Of a DNA stretch of 64,000 bases, positions 10,639-21,354 are shown piece after piece. This DNA comes from Alphaproteobacteria bacterium (GTDB taxonomy: Bacteria; Pseudomonadota; Alphaproteobacteria; MPNO01; UBA830), in the NCBI GenBank assembly GCA_965243135.1, contig OZ251539.1, forward strand, positions 5,728,001 through 5,792,000. The letters are read 5' to 3'. The notes under the pieces are model-generated. The model did no database searches. It saw nothing but the letters and a program-made list of their open reading frames with translations, and was not told where the DNA came from. Numbering within the stretch: the first letter of the stretch is position 1; every line of letters begins with the position of its first letter. The translations under genes and the position numbers were made by a program.

Positions 10639-11200
10639 CGGCGGCGCGGCGCTTGGAAATCCCGATCGAAGAGCCGGAGGCCTTCTTGCAAGAGCTGCTA
10701 CCGCGGGTTCTCCCGGATGGCTGCGCGTGCCGCGTGGTCCAACGCAGAACTGTTGCGAAAGCTCGAACGCCGCTTGCTTGGATACCGTCGTCGGCTATCC
10801 GCCGAATGGCGACTCGTCGTCGCGGTTGATCGCGACAACGACGATTGCCATGCGCTCAAGAGGCAACTCGAACAGGCGGCAGGCGGGCCTGCTTGCGCGC
10901 TCGCGCGGCCAGGAGATGCCGCGGCAAGTGATCAACCGCGAGGCATGGTATTTCGGCGATTGGGAGGCGGTGCGCCAAGCTTATCCAGGAGTCCAGCCCA
11001 ACATCCCGTATCAAGCGCGTTACCGCGACCCGGACGCCGTCCGGGGCGGGACCTGGGAAGCGTTCGAGCGTAGAAGCGCGGCTATTTCCGAAACGGGTTG
11101 CGCAAGACCGAAGCCGCGCGAACCATCGCCCCTAACATCGACCCGGCACGCAACCGTTCGCGGAGTTTCACGATGCTTTGGCCGAGGCGACCGCATGAAA
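10635..11200 (+). pseudogene. DUF4276-family (TOPRIM-like) protein, frameshifted
   Basis: LEIPIEEPEAFLQELLPRVLP / LLRKLERRLLGY...VVAVDRDNDDC / EAWYFGDWEAV...DPDAVRGGTWEAFER / KTEAARTIAPNIDPARNRSRSF, spread across several frames. Confidence 0.75.
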
Positions 11201-11525
11201 CGAGCGGAAACGGCGGCGTGAACGACCTTTCGGAATCCCTTTTCGGCATCGTCCCCAAGCGGCTCTTCGGTCGCGGCTGGGCCGCCGTCCGCGGTCCCGG
11301 CGAGGTCGCGCCGCCAGCCGAACGCATGGCTGGCGTGTCTTGAGCGACGGTCCCGGCGCTGGTTCCGCGGGAGACTCTCGCCAGGCCCCGCGAATTCGAA
11401 CGCTTCGGCGGGTCCGAGTTGGGAAGCCTCAATCCGCGCGCGTCTTCCGGCGCTGTCGAAGCCGGTTGCAAAAGGATCGCAGGCGGTCGCCTCGGACCCG
11501 ACGCGCGGGGCGGGAACGACCGTCT

Positions 11526-12633
11526 TCAGGCTCCCGCGACCCGGCGAGATGTCCGCTCCTCGGGGAAGTGCCTGAAGGTGTTGACGGCCGAACGGTAATC
11601 GTCCAGCCCCAAACGGGCGCGGATGTCCGCGGTCGCCTTGAGAACCATCGGATCCACGCCGCAGCCATTGGCGATGCGGTCGTTTTTGGAGAAATTCGCC
11701 GCGATGGCCGCCGCCGCGGGCACGGCTTGGGGGCCGATGGCCCCGGCCACGGCGTCGCGCGCCCGGCGCCTCGCGATCCGAACCGATCGCCGTCTCGGCG
11801 AAATCCAGCAACTCGGCGCCGCCGGGAACGCCGATGTCCTGCGACGGATCGACCAGCGCGTCGAGATTGATGTTCATGTCGGCGTCGCGTCCACTCTCAC
11901 GGAGGAACCGGGCATGCCCGGAGGTTCAGAAAAAGCACTCGTTGATCGCCGACACCCGGCCGGCGACCACCTCCGCCTGGGCGCGGCTGAACCCCTCGTG
12001 ATGCTGGTAATCGGGCACCATGATCCGGTGCAGCGGGAGATACTGAACCTCCTCCAGCTCCAGGTGGCGGCGCAGTTCGTCCGGCACCAGACTCATGCCG
12101 CGGACGATGTAGGGCTTGGGTTTGCCGCCGTATAACTCGTCGGCCGCTGCGCCGCCGTCCGGCGGGTTGGGGACGGTCGGCACCCAGGCCAGCTCCTGCA
12201 CCGCCGCCGCCGGGCGTTCGCGCGACGGCGCGCCGGGTCGGGCCGTCGGCAGCGGCCGAAGATCGACGCCGATGCCGCGCATGTCGAGGTTCGTGACTCG
12301 CGCGACGAGGCCGACGATCTCGACGTATTCCTCGTCGCTTAAGCCGCCCCGGCGCGCTTCCTCGTAAGACTCTTCGTCGACGTCCTTGGGGTCGACGGCA
12401 AGCCGCCGAACCATCGTCCGCGCCGCCTCGGGCAAATCGGCGTTCGCCGACTCGGCGCCGCCGGCGGACGGCTCCAGCCTGCCGGCTTCGTAGCCCGCCT
12501 GACGGGTTTCGACAGCGACTGCGAGACGCTGGGCGCCGGTTCCCCAAGCGCCGGCCAGCTGGTCGATCTGCCTGGCGTGGACGCCCGCCAGATCGTCCCG
12601 AACGTGGTACCGCGAGTCGGAGTATAGGGGCAT
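11526..12633 (-). CDS. AhpD/CMD-like alkylhydroperoxidase-domain protein with in-frame UGA (candidate selenocysteine, CxxU); frameshift near 11767
   Basis: MPLYSDSRY...EVVAGRVSAINECFF*TSGHARFLRESGRDADMNINLDALV reads in frame across TGA at 11926-11928; the C-terminus AAAIAANFSKNDRIANGCG lies in another frame. Confidence 0.65.
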
Positions 12634-12644
12634 TCGTCCTCCGG

Positions 12645-13952
12645 TCAGATGTCGAACATGCTGTCGGGCAGGAACGTGGCGATTTCCGGGAAGGCGACCA
12701 GGAGCGCCAGACACGCGCCCATCGCGATCCAGAACGGCCAGATGCCGCGGAAGATGGTGCCCATGGGCACGTCCGGCGCGACGCTCTTGACGACGAAAAC
12801 GTTGACGCCGACGGGCGGGCTGATAAGTCCCATTTCCAACACGATCACCACTACGATTCCGAACCAGATCGGACTCATCCCCAGTTGGGTGATCACCTCG
12901 AACACCACGGGGAGGGTCAGGACCAGCATCGCGAGCCCTTCGAGGAAGGTGCCGAGCGCGATGTAGGTTACCAGTATCATGAGCAGGACGCCGGTCTTGT
13001 CCATGTCCAGATTGACCAGGAAGGTCACCAGATCGGACGGCAACTGCGTCAGCGCCATGAACGGTATGAAGATGTGGGCGCCGATCAGGATCATGAAAAC
13101 GGTGGCCGTGGTCCGCAGGGTCTGCAGGACGACGAACTGGATTTTCTCCCGATCCAGCGATCTCCGGCGAAGGGCCACGCAGAACGCCAGGAAGGCGCCG
13201 ACGCCGGCCGCCTCGACCGGCGTGAAGATGCCCATGTAGATGCCGCCGATGGTCGCCGCCACGATGACGACGAAGGTCGCGGAACGCCGCAGCGACGACA
13301 GTTTTTCGGCCGTCGAACTTGCCGGTCCGGCAGGCCCCAGTTCGGGTTTGATGCGCGTCACGACGGCGATCGCGACGAGGAACAGGCCCGTCAGCAGCAG
13401 GCCCGGAACGACTCCGGCCATGAACAGCCGGCCGATGGATTGCTCGGTCAGGATGGCGTAGATGATCAGCCCGGTGGAAGGCGGAATCAGGATGCCGAGC
13501 GTTCCGCCGGCCGCCACTGCGCCGGTGGACAGGCTCGCCCCGTAGTTGAACCGCTTCATCTCGGGCAGCGCGACCCGTCCCATGGTGACGGCTGAGGCGA
13601 TGGAGGAGCCGCTGAGGGCCGCGAAACCGGCGCAGCCTGCGATGGTCGCGGACGCCAGGCCGCCGCGCCGGTGTCCGAGCCAGGCGTAGGCGGCGTTGAA
13701 CAGGTCGGCGCTCATCCCCGACGCCCCGGCCAGATTGCCCATCAGGACGAACACCGGAATGACGGTCAGCGGCAAGGTGACCGTCATTTCGAACGCCTCG
13801 CTCGAAAGCGTGCTGAGCGCCGCGCTGTACCCGTTCATCGCGGCGGTGCCGAAAAATCCCACGATCAACATGGCCATCGCCACGGGCATGCGCATGAAGA
13901 GGAGCGCGAACAACGCGACGAGACCGATGCATCCGATGGCGGTGGCCGACAC
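12645..13952 (-). CDS. dctM: TRAP transporter large permease
   Basis: GSSIASAVTMG, AAGGTLGILIPPS, GIFTPVEAA, GLISPPVGVN. Confidence 0.93.
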   Translation of the reverse strand: MSATAIGCIGLVALFALLFMRMPVAMAMLIVGFFGTAAMNGYSAALSTLSSEAFEMTVTLPLTVIPVFVLMGNLAGASGMSADLFNAAYAWLGHRRGGLASATIAGCAGFAALSGSSIASAVTMGRVALPEMKRFNYGASLSTGAVAAGGTLGILIPPSTGLIIYAILTEQSIGRLFMAGVVPGLLLTGLFLVAIAVVTRIKPELGPAGPASSTAEKLSSLRRSATFVVIVAATIGGIYMGIFTPVEAAGVGAFLAFCVALRRRSLDREKIQFVVLQTLRTTATVFMILIGAHIFIPFMALTQLPSDLVTFLVNLDMDKTGVLLMILVTYIALGTFLEGLAMLVLTLPVVFEVITQLGMSPIWFGIVVVIVLEMGLISPPVGVNVFVVKSVAPDVPMGTIFRGIWPFWIAMGACLALLVAFPEIATFLPDSMFDI

Positions 13953-13963
13953 GTCCGACGTCC

Positions 13964-14482
13964 CTACGAGGCCGCTTCGTCCGGGTCGCGTCCCGAAATC
14001 AGGGCGGCCGTTTCCGCGAGGAGGACAAGGCCGTACAGCGCCATGCCGAAGGCCAGCGTCCAGAAGAACGGCTGCAGCGTGATCTCCAGCGACAACGTGG
14101 TTTCGCCGTATCTGGCGGCGTTGTTGCCGCTTTCGACCAGCATCCAGACCAGGACGCCCGTCATCGCGCAGCCGGCCGCCTTGACGGCGATATCGGTCCA
14201 GCGGGTGACCGTCGGTCCCGAGACGACCCCCAGGATTTCAACCGCCACCTGACCGCCGGTGCGTCCGCTGTATCCCACCGAAAAGGCCACGGTGAACACC
14301 AGCAGGATCTGGTTGAAGTCGTCGGCTCCGAAAATGGGAGAATTGAAGACGTAGCGGAAAACGACCGCCACCACGATCAGCGCCGCGAGTCCGGCTACGG
14401 CGACCCCCCCGGCGTAAAGGGCTATCAGGCGAACCGCGCGATCGACGAAAGCGATCGCGCGGTTCGCGCCCGGATCGGACAC
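13964..14482 (-). CDS. dctQ: TRAP transporter small permease
   Basis: Four TM segments, VVFRYVFNSPIFGADD, located between dctP and dctM. Confidence 0.88.
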   Translation of the reverse strand: MSDPGANRAIAFVDRAVRLIALYAGGVAVAGLAALIVVAVVFRYVFNSPIFGADDFNQILLVFTVAFSVGYSGRTGGQVAVEILGVVSGPTVTRWTDIAVKAAGCAMTGVLVWMLVESGNNAARYGETTLSLEITLQPFFWTLAFGMALYGLVLLAETAALISGRDPDEAAS

Positions 14483-14506
14483 GATTCCGGCCGCTCGGCC
14501 GCGGCC

Positions 14507-15520
14507 TTACTCCGTGGCGGCCTTGTAGATCGCCCGGGCCGGAACGCCTTTCTTCTCCTTGTCGGCGAGGAAGGCTTCGACCGACCTGGCGGTGGCCGCG
14601 TCGAACGCCGCCGCCGCCTCCGCGGACAGTTGGTGGAATTTTACGCCCTTCTGTTCGGTCTTGGCGGTCTTCAGCTGTCCGGCGTCGATCTTTCCCCAAA
14701 AGTCGGCGGCCGCCATGCTGTACTCGCGGCCGGAGTGTTCGGTCACCGCGGCCTTGTGGGCCGCCGAAAGGCCTTTCCAAACCTGCTTGTTCATGGCGAT
14801 GAAGAACAGGGAAGTCGGACCGTTCATGCCGGCGGTCACGTGCTCGCCGGGTTCGGCCAGCCGCCAGGGACGGTAAAGCGCGCCCGGCGAGATATAGACG
14901 CCGTCGAGCACTCCGGTCTGCAGGGCGTTGTAGATTTTGGACACCGGCATGTAGACCGCGGCGGCGGCCCACGCCTTCAGCTGGGGTATGTTGGCCGGCG
15001 ACGGCGCCCTGACTTTCAATCCCTTGACGTCGTCCAGCCGGGTAACCGCTTTCTTGCGGGTTATCAGAACCGGCGGCCAGTTGGAAAACAACGCCAGCAC
15101 CTTGACCTCTTCGTACTCGGGCTTGAGGTACTGGTCGTACACCTTCCAGATTTTCGCGGTCACTTCCTGCGAGCTGTTGCCGACGCCCGGTTGGCCGACG
15201 ATCATGGTGCGGGGAAAGATGGTCGGCGTGTAACCCTGGATGCCGAAGGTGATCTCGGCCACATTGTCGACAACCCGCTTGTATTGCGCGACCGGACCCT
15301 TGCCCAGCTGGCCGCTCGGGAACAGTTTGATCGTCAACGAGCCGTTCGTCGCCTCGGCCAGTTTCTTCGCCAGCAGCGGAATGACGCCGCGGTTGACCGG
15401 ATGCTGCGGCGACATGAAGGTCGCCGCCTTCAGTTCGACGGCGCCGGCCGTCGACGGCATTCCGGCGGTTGCGGCGAAGGCTCCGCCGACGAGGGCCGTC
15501 ATTAGTGCGATGCGCTTCAT
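14507..15520 (-). CDS. dctP: TRAP transporter substrate-binding protein
   Basis: Signal peptide, FPSGQLG, DVKGLKVR, YNALQTGVLDG. Confidence 0.92.
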   Translation of the reverse strand: MKRIALMTALVGGAFAATAGMPSTAGAVELKAATFMSPQHPVNRGVIPLLAKKLAEATNGSLTIKLFPSGQLGKGPVAQYKRVVDNVAEITFGIQGYTPTIFPRTMIVGQPGVGNSSQEVTAKIWKVYDQYLKPEYEEVKVLALFSNWPPVLITRKKAVTRLDDVKGLKVRAPSPANIPQLKAWAAAAVYMPVSKIYNALQTGVLDGVYISPGALYRPWRLAEPGEHVTAGMNGPTSLFFIAMNKQVWKGLSAAHKAAVTEHSGREYSMAAADFWGKIDAGQLKTAKTEQKGVKFHQLSAEAAAAFDAATARSVEAFLADKEKKGVPARAIYKAATE

Positions 15521-16009
15521 TGTTTCCTCCCGATATCGCAGGCGCGGATTCCGGCCGACGCGGCCGCTTCGGAGAATGGCCGCGGCGCTTTGCTTCCGGT
15601 TTCCGCAACGCGTTCGAAACGATGATACCGCCTGCGGCCGGACGATTTCAAGCGTCGGCGGGCCCGAGCGCCGCGTCGGGGAGCGATCGACGACTTTCGC
15701 TCGCGTCCCGCAGCGCGGAATTGGAGGCCGCGTCTTCGGCGCGGCCGGGCGGAACTTCGACCGGCGGCATCCTCCCTCCGGCCCAGGCGCCAGTTCGCCT
15801 TCAGGTCGCTCCGAAGGGTCGCGAGACGCTTGTCGGTCATCGCGCGGGCTATTTCCGCGGCGATCCGGCGGCCGCGCCGGACAGCGCAGCGTTCGCGTTT
15901 CGCATGATCGGCGGATACGCTTCGTCCGGCGGGATGCTCAGGCCCGTGGAGTTGAACAACCGCTATGGATGACCGGCGGTCCGAACGACGAGGAGTGAAG
16001 AGATGTCGC

Positions 16010-16145
16010 TCGGCGCAACCGGATATTCCGTTCTTGATTCTGCAGTCGCCCGCCTGCACGATCCTTGCGAGCCTGCCGACGGGCGGGCGGAGCGCCGAGC
16101 GGACGGCAGCCGAAAAAATGGCGCAACGCGAACGCCTCGGCTACG
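16010..16145 (+). repeat. Dispersed intergenic repeat copy
   Basis: ATATTCCG...CGCCCGCCTGCACGATCCTTGCGAGCCTGCCGAC...GAGCGGACGGCAGCCGAAAAAATGGCGCAACGCGAACGCCT. Confidence 0.65.
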
Positions 16146-16320
16146 CTCGGGCGTGACCGCCGAGAAACCTATGTTTCCGTCGAGCGCCGTCGCCGTTACG
16201 TTGCCGAATTCGCTTGGCGGCGCAACGTCGGCGAAGCCGGTGCCATCGGCGAATGGCGCCGACGGTCGCCTGCGGTTGGGAACCGCCCGATGTATCGCGA
16301 CCTGACGGCGTGAGGACAGC

Positions 16321-17088
16321 ATGACTGATCTCTTTATTCCTGCGGAAACGGTTGACGTCGTCGATGAAATTACCGCCAATGATGGTCACGCAACAGTGGA
16401 AATTCTCCCTGCTGCCGATGTATTGTATACATTGGGGCGATCCATGAGGGTAAACGCAATCATACTTGACCCTTGGTAAAATAGGGGGGTTGGAGGAGAG
16501 CGTGGCGATTACGATGATTGGTTGGCTGAAGTCATTCGGTCTGCATGCGATATTGCCGATCATGTCTTCGTCTGGGGATTCCCCGAAATATTGGCGAACC
16601 AAATCTCGCGTCTGCCGAATGAATTCTTTCTTGTTTCTTGGCTGACGTGGTATTACAAAAACTGTCCCTCTGTAATTCGAGGATGGCGTTCCGCCCAAAA
16701 TACCTGCCTTCATTTGGCCCTAAAGGATACGAAAATCTACCCTGAACATTTTTTGAACGCACAACAATATGAGAGATGGAAGACAGGAAGAATGCGGTTC
16801 GTTCCTAGTCCTCCTTCGGTGCTCGAAGCGCCGTTGAACATAGGTTTCGTAGGAAAATCGGAACAGACGGGACATCCGGCGCAAAAACCTCTCGCTGTCA
16901 TCGAACCCTTGATAATGATGGCAACCAAGGAGGACGATACGGTACTAGACCCGATGTGCGGTTCGGGTACGACTGGAGAAGCTTGCCTCAGATTTAAGCG
17001 CAATGCCGTTCTCTGCGACGCCGCTTCCGATTATCTCTCCATCGCTCGCTCTCGAATCGACGCTTGGCATCGGTCGAATGGACGATAG
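16321..17088 (+). pseudogene. Type II N4/N6 DNA methyltransferase (beta class) with a nonsense codon in the catalytic motif
   Basis: ATG at 16321 after GAGGA. IILDPW then TAA at 16477-16479 (expected DPWY); the frame continues to HPAQKP and VLDPMCGSGTTG. Confidence 0.8.
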
Positions 17089-17730
17089 AAACGCCGTCGT
17101 TCGCGGCCCATACATGCAAAGCTCCATCCGTGGAGAGGCTTTCTTTCTCGATAACTTAGGAAAAGTCGCGACGCGCGAGCAACTAATACAGGTGGCGATC
17201 GATCCGAAAACCGGGCGGATCCCTGAGAATTGGCATCAACGATTATCGGAGCTTCGGACAGATCTGAGCTATACCATCCTGTCGTGGCGCAACCGGGGCG
17301 ATCTGCGGGTGAGCGAATACATGATGCCCAACTCAGAGCGCCGCTCCACCTCTGCCCGCCGCGCTCGTCCTAGCGCCCTCACTTGGGAAAGGGTTCTGGA
17401 ACGCCACGATTATCGTTGTACTTGGGAGGAGGACGGCGTTACCTGCGGGTTACGGAATGGCGACGCGGACCCGATTGGCGGCGGAACGGTTAAATTGACG
17501 CCCGATCATCGCATCTCGCATGCGTTGCACGCGGAAACCGATCCAGGAGACTCCGAAAAGTGGCGCCCCTTACGCCATCAAGTCATGAAGAAGAACTATT
17601 GGGATGACGAGACCGGATGGCTCAATGTCATGGCCAGTCTGCCTCCGAGGTCGAGAAGCGTCAAGTTTTGGAATTTTTGAAGACGTATTTCACGGAAACG
17701 ACATGACAAGGCGAATCGATTGCTATTGAT
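17078..17730 (+). pseudogene. KpnI-like HNH restriction endonuclease, damaged C-terminus
   Basis: NLGKVATREQ, DPKTGRIPENWHQRLSELRTD, DPIGGGTVKLTPDH and HQVMKKNYWD closely recall R.KpnI. The Cys-Gly before RHQ is missing and the end appears frameshifted. Confidence 0.75.
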
Positions 17731-18137
17731 TTGAGCCTTCCAGGCTGAAAAATGCCGGATTTGAGGTCCGAGTGGCGTGACGATAGAAGTTCCTGCTGGA
17801 GTTCTGCAAGCGCCGCGCACCGCATCGGGGGTCGAAAGTCTGGAGCCGCAAGGGTTTAGAGCCGTCGCCGCGCTTGAGCGCGACGACCGGACCACGAGCG
17901 CATTCCACATCTCCTTCCGAGCGCGACAGGCAACAAAGCGGAGGGTGCCGGGCAAGCGGCCGGCAACGAACTTGCGCGATCCGCAGAACGGACAGTCGGG
18001 GTCGTGTTCGAAAAGATGGTGCAACCGCTATATTTTACGGCTCGCTGGCGCGTGATGGTTTGTCCTTTAGTATTACGTCGTGCATTCTCCAATCTGAACC
18101 TGGATTTGGATCCGGGACAAAGGGCTCGAATTCATCC

Positions 18138-20105
18138 ATGGGCGCGATTCTTCCGATAAACCTCGACAACCTCCTCCACTGTCGCAGTGTGGAGTCGGAA
18201 CGGGTGGAGTTCGAAGGATCGTGGGATCCGCGGACGACAGGGCCCCAAGTGCTCAGGACGATCTGCGCGTTCGCCAATGACTATCACAACCTGAACGGCG
18301 GCTACGTCGTCATCGGCGTCGAGGAGCAGGCCGGACGTGCGGTCTTGCCTCCTTCCGGTCTGTCCGCCGGGGAGATCGAGACCGCGCGGAAATGGGTCCG
18401 CGGCAACTGCAACCGGCTCGACCCTCCCTATCACCCCATTTTGTCGCCCGAGACCGTCGGAGATCGACTTATCCTGGTAGTGTGGGCCCCGGCGAGCGAG
18501 ATGAGGCCCCATCGTGCGCGCGGGATCGGCGGCGAGCGATTCTGGGTGCGTCTCGGCTCCGAGACCGTCGACGCCGAACGGCGCGGCGGTCTGCTTCGCG
18601 GCGTCGTCGAGCAGACCGCGCGCGTGCCTTGGGACGATCGCCGGGCGCCCGATGCTCAAGTCGAAGATCTGCGCGGAGCAAAGGTCCGCGAATACCTGCG
18701 AGATGTACGCAGCGGGCTCCTCGACGAACCGAGCGAAGAGAACGTTTATCGGCGCATGCGCATAACGATGAAAGTTAATGATCGCGAAGTCCCCCGGAAT
18801 GCGGGCCTCCTGTTCTTTTCGAAAGATCCCGCGGAGTGGTTTCGAGGGGCGAAGATCGAAGTCGTGCAGTGCGCCGCGGATCGGGCCGGGGATGTGCAGG
18901 AGGAACGGATCTTCGGTGGCGCGCTCGTGGATCAGCTTCGCGACTGCTTGAATTATCTTGAAAACTTTTCGGCGTTTCATCTGCAAAAGCAGCGGCATCG
19001 GAGCCAGGTTCGCGGTTGGGTCAGCTATCCGCTTCCGGCCCTCCGCGAAACCCTCGTCAACGCGGTCTATCACCGCGGCTACGATGTCGACCAGCCCGAA
19101 CCTACCAAAGTCTATCTCTATCCGGACCGCATTGAGGTCATCAGCTACCCGGGACCGGTTGCGGGAATCGAAGCCCGACACCTGCTTCCCGACGCGGAAG
19201 TTCGGGCCGCGCCTGCCCGCAATCGCCGCATCGGAGAATTTCTGAAGGAGCTGGGGCTTGCGGAGGGACGACTCACCGGACTGCGGAAGGTGTTTCAGGC
19301 GATGGAAACCAATGGCTCTCCGTCGCCCCGATTCGATTTCGACGAGCAGCGGACTTACTTCCAGGCCACGTTGCCGGCCCATCCGGAATATGGGGCGCTG
19401 TCGGCGCTGCGGGACGCGGCCCATCTAAAGGCATTGGGAGATCAAAGAGAAGCTCTCCGTCGCGTTGAGTCCGCGTGGACGTCCAACCGAAGTTCGGCGA
19501 TCCTCGCGTCCGAGATGGTGCGGGCGTATGCGGAAAGCGGCGAGTTGGAGCGTGCCGAGGAAGTCCTGAAAACCTTCGAGGCGCAAGGGCCGGAGAGCGC
19601 GGTTTCCTGCGTCGCGAATGCGATGATCGAGGCGCTCGCGGACGCGGGCGACGAAAGCGGAGCTCGGCGGTTGCTCAGGAAGAGCCGTCCCGTATTGTTC
19701 GGCCGGGACGCTATAGACGCTGCTATCCTGGCCCGGCGCGTCAAAGACTCCCGCGCCGCGCACCGGTATTTCGAGCGCGCCGACGATGCCGTATATGCCG
19801 ATTCTCGGGCGCTGCTTGAGTTCGCGCAGACCAAGCTCTGGCTGGCGAACGAGGCCTACCGGCAACGTCGGCGCGATTCGAATCGACGGTTTCTCATGGA
19901 GGCTCGAGTGCTGCTGGAGCGCGCTATCCAGCTCGATGCATCGCCTGCGCGCCATGCCTGGGCGTGGCGCGAACTGGCGCGTGCGCTCAACTGGCTACGG
20001 GCTCCGGTCGGAGAGGTCGAAGGAGCCTATCGCGCGGCGATCGAGCTATTGCCGGACGAACGGAGATTTCGCAGAGAGATGGAGAGGGTGCTGGTTGCCA
20101 GATAG
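18138..20105 (+). CDS. AlbA_2/Schlafen-like domain + HATPase_c_4 (RecG C-terminal-like) + helical/TPR-like C-terminus
   Basis: ESERVEFE, ICAFAND...GGYVVIGV, ALRETLVNAVYHRGY, RNRRIGEFLKELGLAEGRLTGL; C-terminal AWRELARAL...AYRAAIELLPD. Confidence 0.8.
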   Translation: MGAILPINLDNLLHCRSVESERVEFEGSWDPRTTGPQVLRTICAFANDYHNLNGGYVVIGVEEQAGRAVLPPSGLSAGEIETARKWVRGNCNRLDPPYHPILSPETVGDRLILVVWAPASEMRPHRARGIGGERFWVRLGSETVDAERRGGLLRGVVEQTARVPWDDRRAPDAQVEDLRGAKVREYLRDVRSGLLDEPSEENVYRRMRITMKVNDREVPRNAGLLFFSKDPAEWFRGAKIEVVQCAADRAGDVQEERIFGGALVDQLRDCLNYLENFSAFHLQKQRHRSQVRGWVSYPLPALRETLVNAVYHRGYDVDQPEPTKVYLYPDRIEVISYPGPVAGIEARHLLPDAEVRAAPARNRRIGEFLKELGLAEGRLTGLRKVFQAMETNGSPSPRFDFDEQRTYFQATLPAHPEYGALSALRDAAHLKALGDQREALRRVESAWTSNRSSAILASEMVRAYAESGELERAEEVLKTFEAQGPESAVSCVANAMIEALADAGDESGARRLLRKSRPVLFGRDAIDAAILARRVKDSRAAHRYFERADDAVYADSRALLEFAQTKLWLANEAYRQRRRDSNRRFLMEARVLLERAIQLDASPARHAWAWRELARALNWLRAPVGEVEGAYRAAIELLPDERRFRREMERVLVAR

Positions 20106-20398
20106 CAGTCGAACCCTGGTTCCCCGGTTTTTGAATCCACTTCGTCGCGGTAGTCGAGTCAGTCGCAATGTGGAGACCGTTGTTGGCGATTCACCCGCGA
20201 CTTCGGCGATTCCGTTTGCCGTTGCGGCGGCTTTGCCGGGGTCGTTGGCGAAATGGACGTAGCGGGCGTTGGACTTGGTCGACAGACTTGGAACGCGGGC
20301 CGCGCCGAGATAACCGTTCCGCGGTCGGGCGTCGCGGCGTGAAGACGGACGGGGCGGCCCCTCAGCGTCACGCTCCCGAATTCTCGAACGACGCCGCG

Positions 20399-21343
20399 CT
20401 ATGCGGCGGCGTAGCGCGGCAAGAGCGTCTCGGCGTTGCCGCGGCGAACGGCATGGGCGCGCGCCGTTCCTGTCCAGGCGTCCAGCCCGGCGGTCTCCGA
20501 CGCCACCGCCTTTTCGGAGACGTACGGATAGTCGCTTCCGTAGAGGATGCGCGACGGGTCCGCGACGTCGTGAAGCGCAGCCAGCGGAGTTCCGTCGCCG
20601 GACAGCGCCGTGTCGAACCAGAAGCGCCGGATGCAGGCCAGCGCGCCTTCGGGATAATTGTCGCGGAAAGCGGTCGCCTCGTCGAAAATCGCGATCCGGT
20701 GAGCGAGGAACGGCAGCGTGCCGCCGCTGTGCGACAGGATGAACCGGATGTTCGGCCAGCGCGTCGTCACGCCGTTGAGGATCAGGTTGACCGCCGCTTT
20801 CGTCGTCTCGAACGGGTAGTCGATCAGCATGCGCGGGATATTCCAGCCCTGCGCCTCGGTTCCCGCCGGATAGCAGGGATGGACGAACGCCACGGCCGCC
20901 CGGCGGTCGAGTTCGGCGTAGAGCGGTTCGAAACCCCGGTCTCCGACGTAACGGTCGTCGACGCTTGTCAGCAGCGTGATGCCGTCGAGCCCGAGATCGT
21001 CCAGCGCCCGCGCTGTTTCGGCGAGCGCGGCGTCGATATCCGGCAGGGGCAGAAAAGCGAAGCCTCCGAAGCGGCCGGGACGGTCGCGCGCGAGACGGGC
21101 CAGATAATCGTTGCAACGGCGGGCCAGATCCCGCGTCTGCGCGATGTCGCCGAACCAGATGCCGGGCGAGGTGAAGGAAAGGACCGCGGCGTCGATGTCG
21201 TTGGCCTCCATCGCCGCAAGGCTCTTCTCCGGCGTCCATTCGGGAAAACCGCGATAGGCGGTGCCGGTGAAGCCGGCCCCGCGCTGCGCCTCGATATAGA
21301 ATGCGGGCAGAACGTGGTGATGCACGTCGATGCGGCCGGTCAT
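20399..21343 (-). CDS. Amidohydrolase_2 family protein (ACMSD/aromatic-acid decarboxylase-like)
   Basis: IDVHHH, FVHP, LSHSGGTLPF, WFDTA, ILYGSDYPY. Confidence 0.9.
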   Translation of the reverse strand: MTGRIDVHHHVLPAFYIEAQRGAGFTGTAYRGFPEWTPEKSLAAMEANDIDAAVLSFTSPGIWFGDIAQTRDLARRCNDYLARLARDRPGRFGGFAFLPLPDIDAALAETARALDDLGLDGITLLTSVDDRYVGDRGFEPLYAELDRRAAVAFVHPCYPAGTEAQGWNIPRMLIDYPFETTKAAVNLILNGVTTRWPNIRFILSHSGGTLPFLAHRIAIFDEATAFRDNYPEGALACIRRFWFDTALSGDGTPLAALHDVADPSRILYGSDYPYVSEKAVASETAGLDAWTGTARAHAVRRGNAETLLPRYAAA

Positions 21344-21354
21344 GGCCTCTCCGG

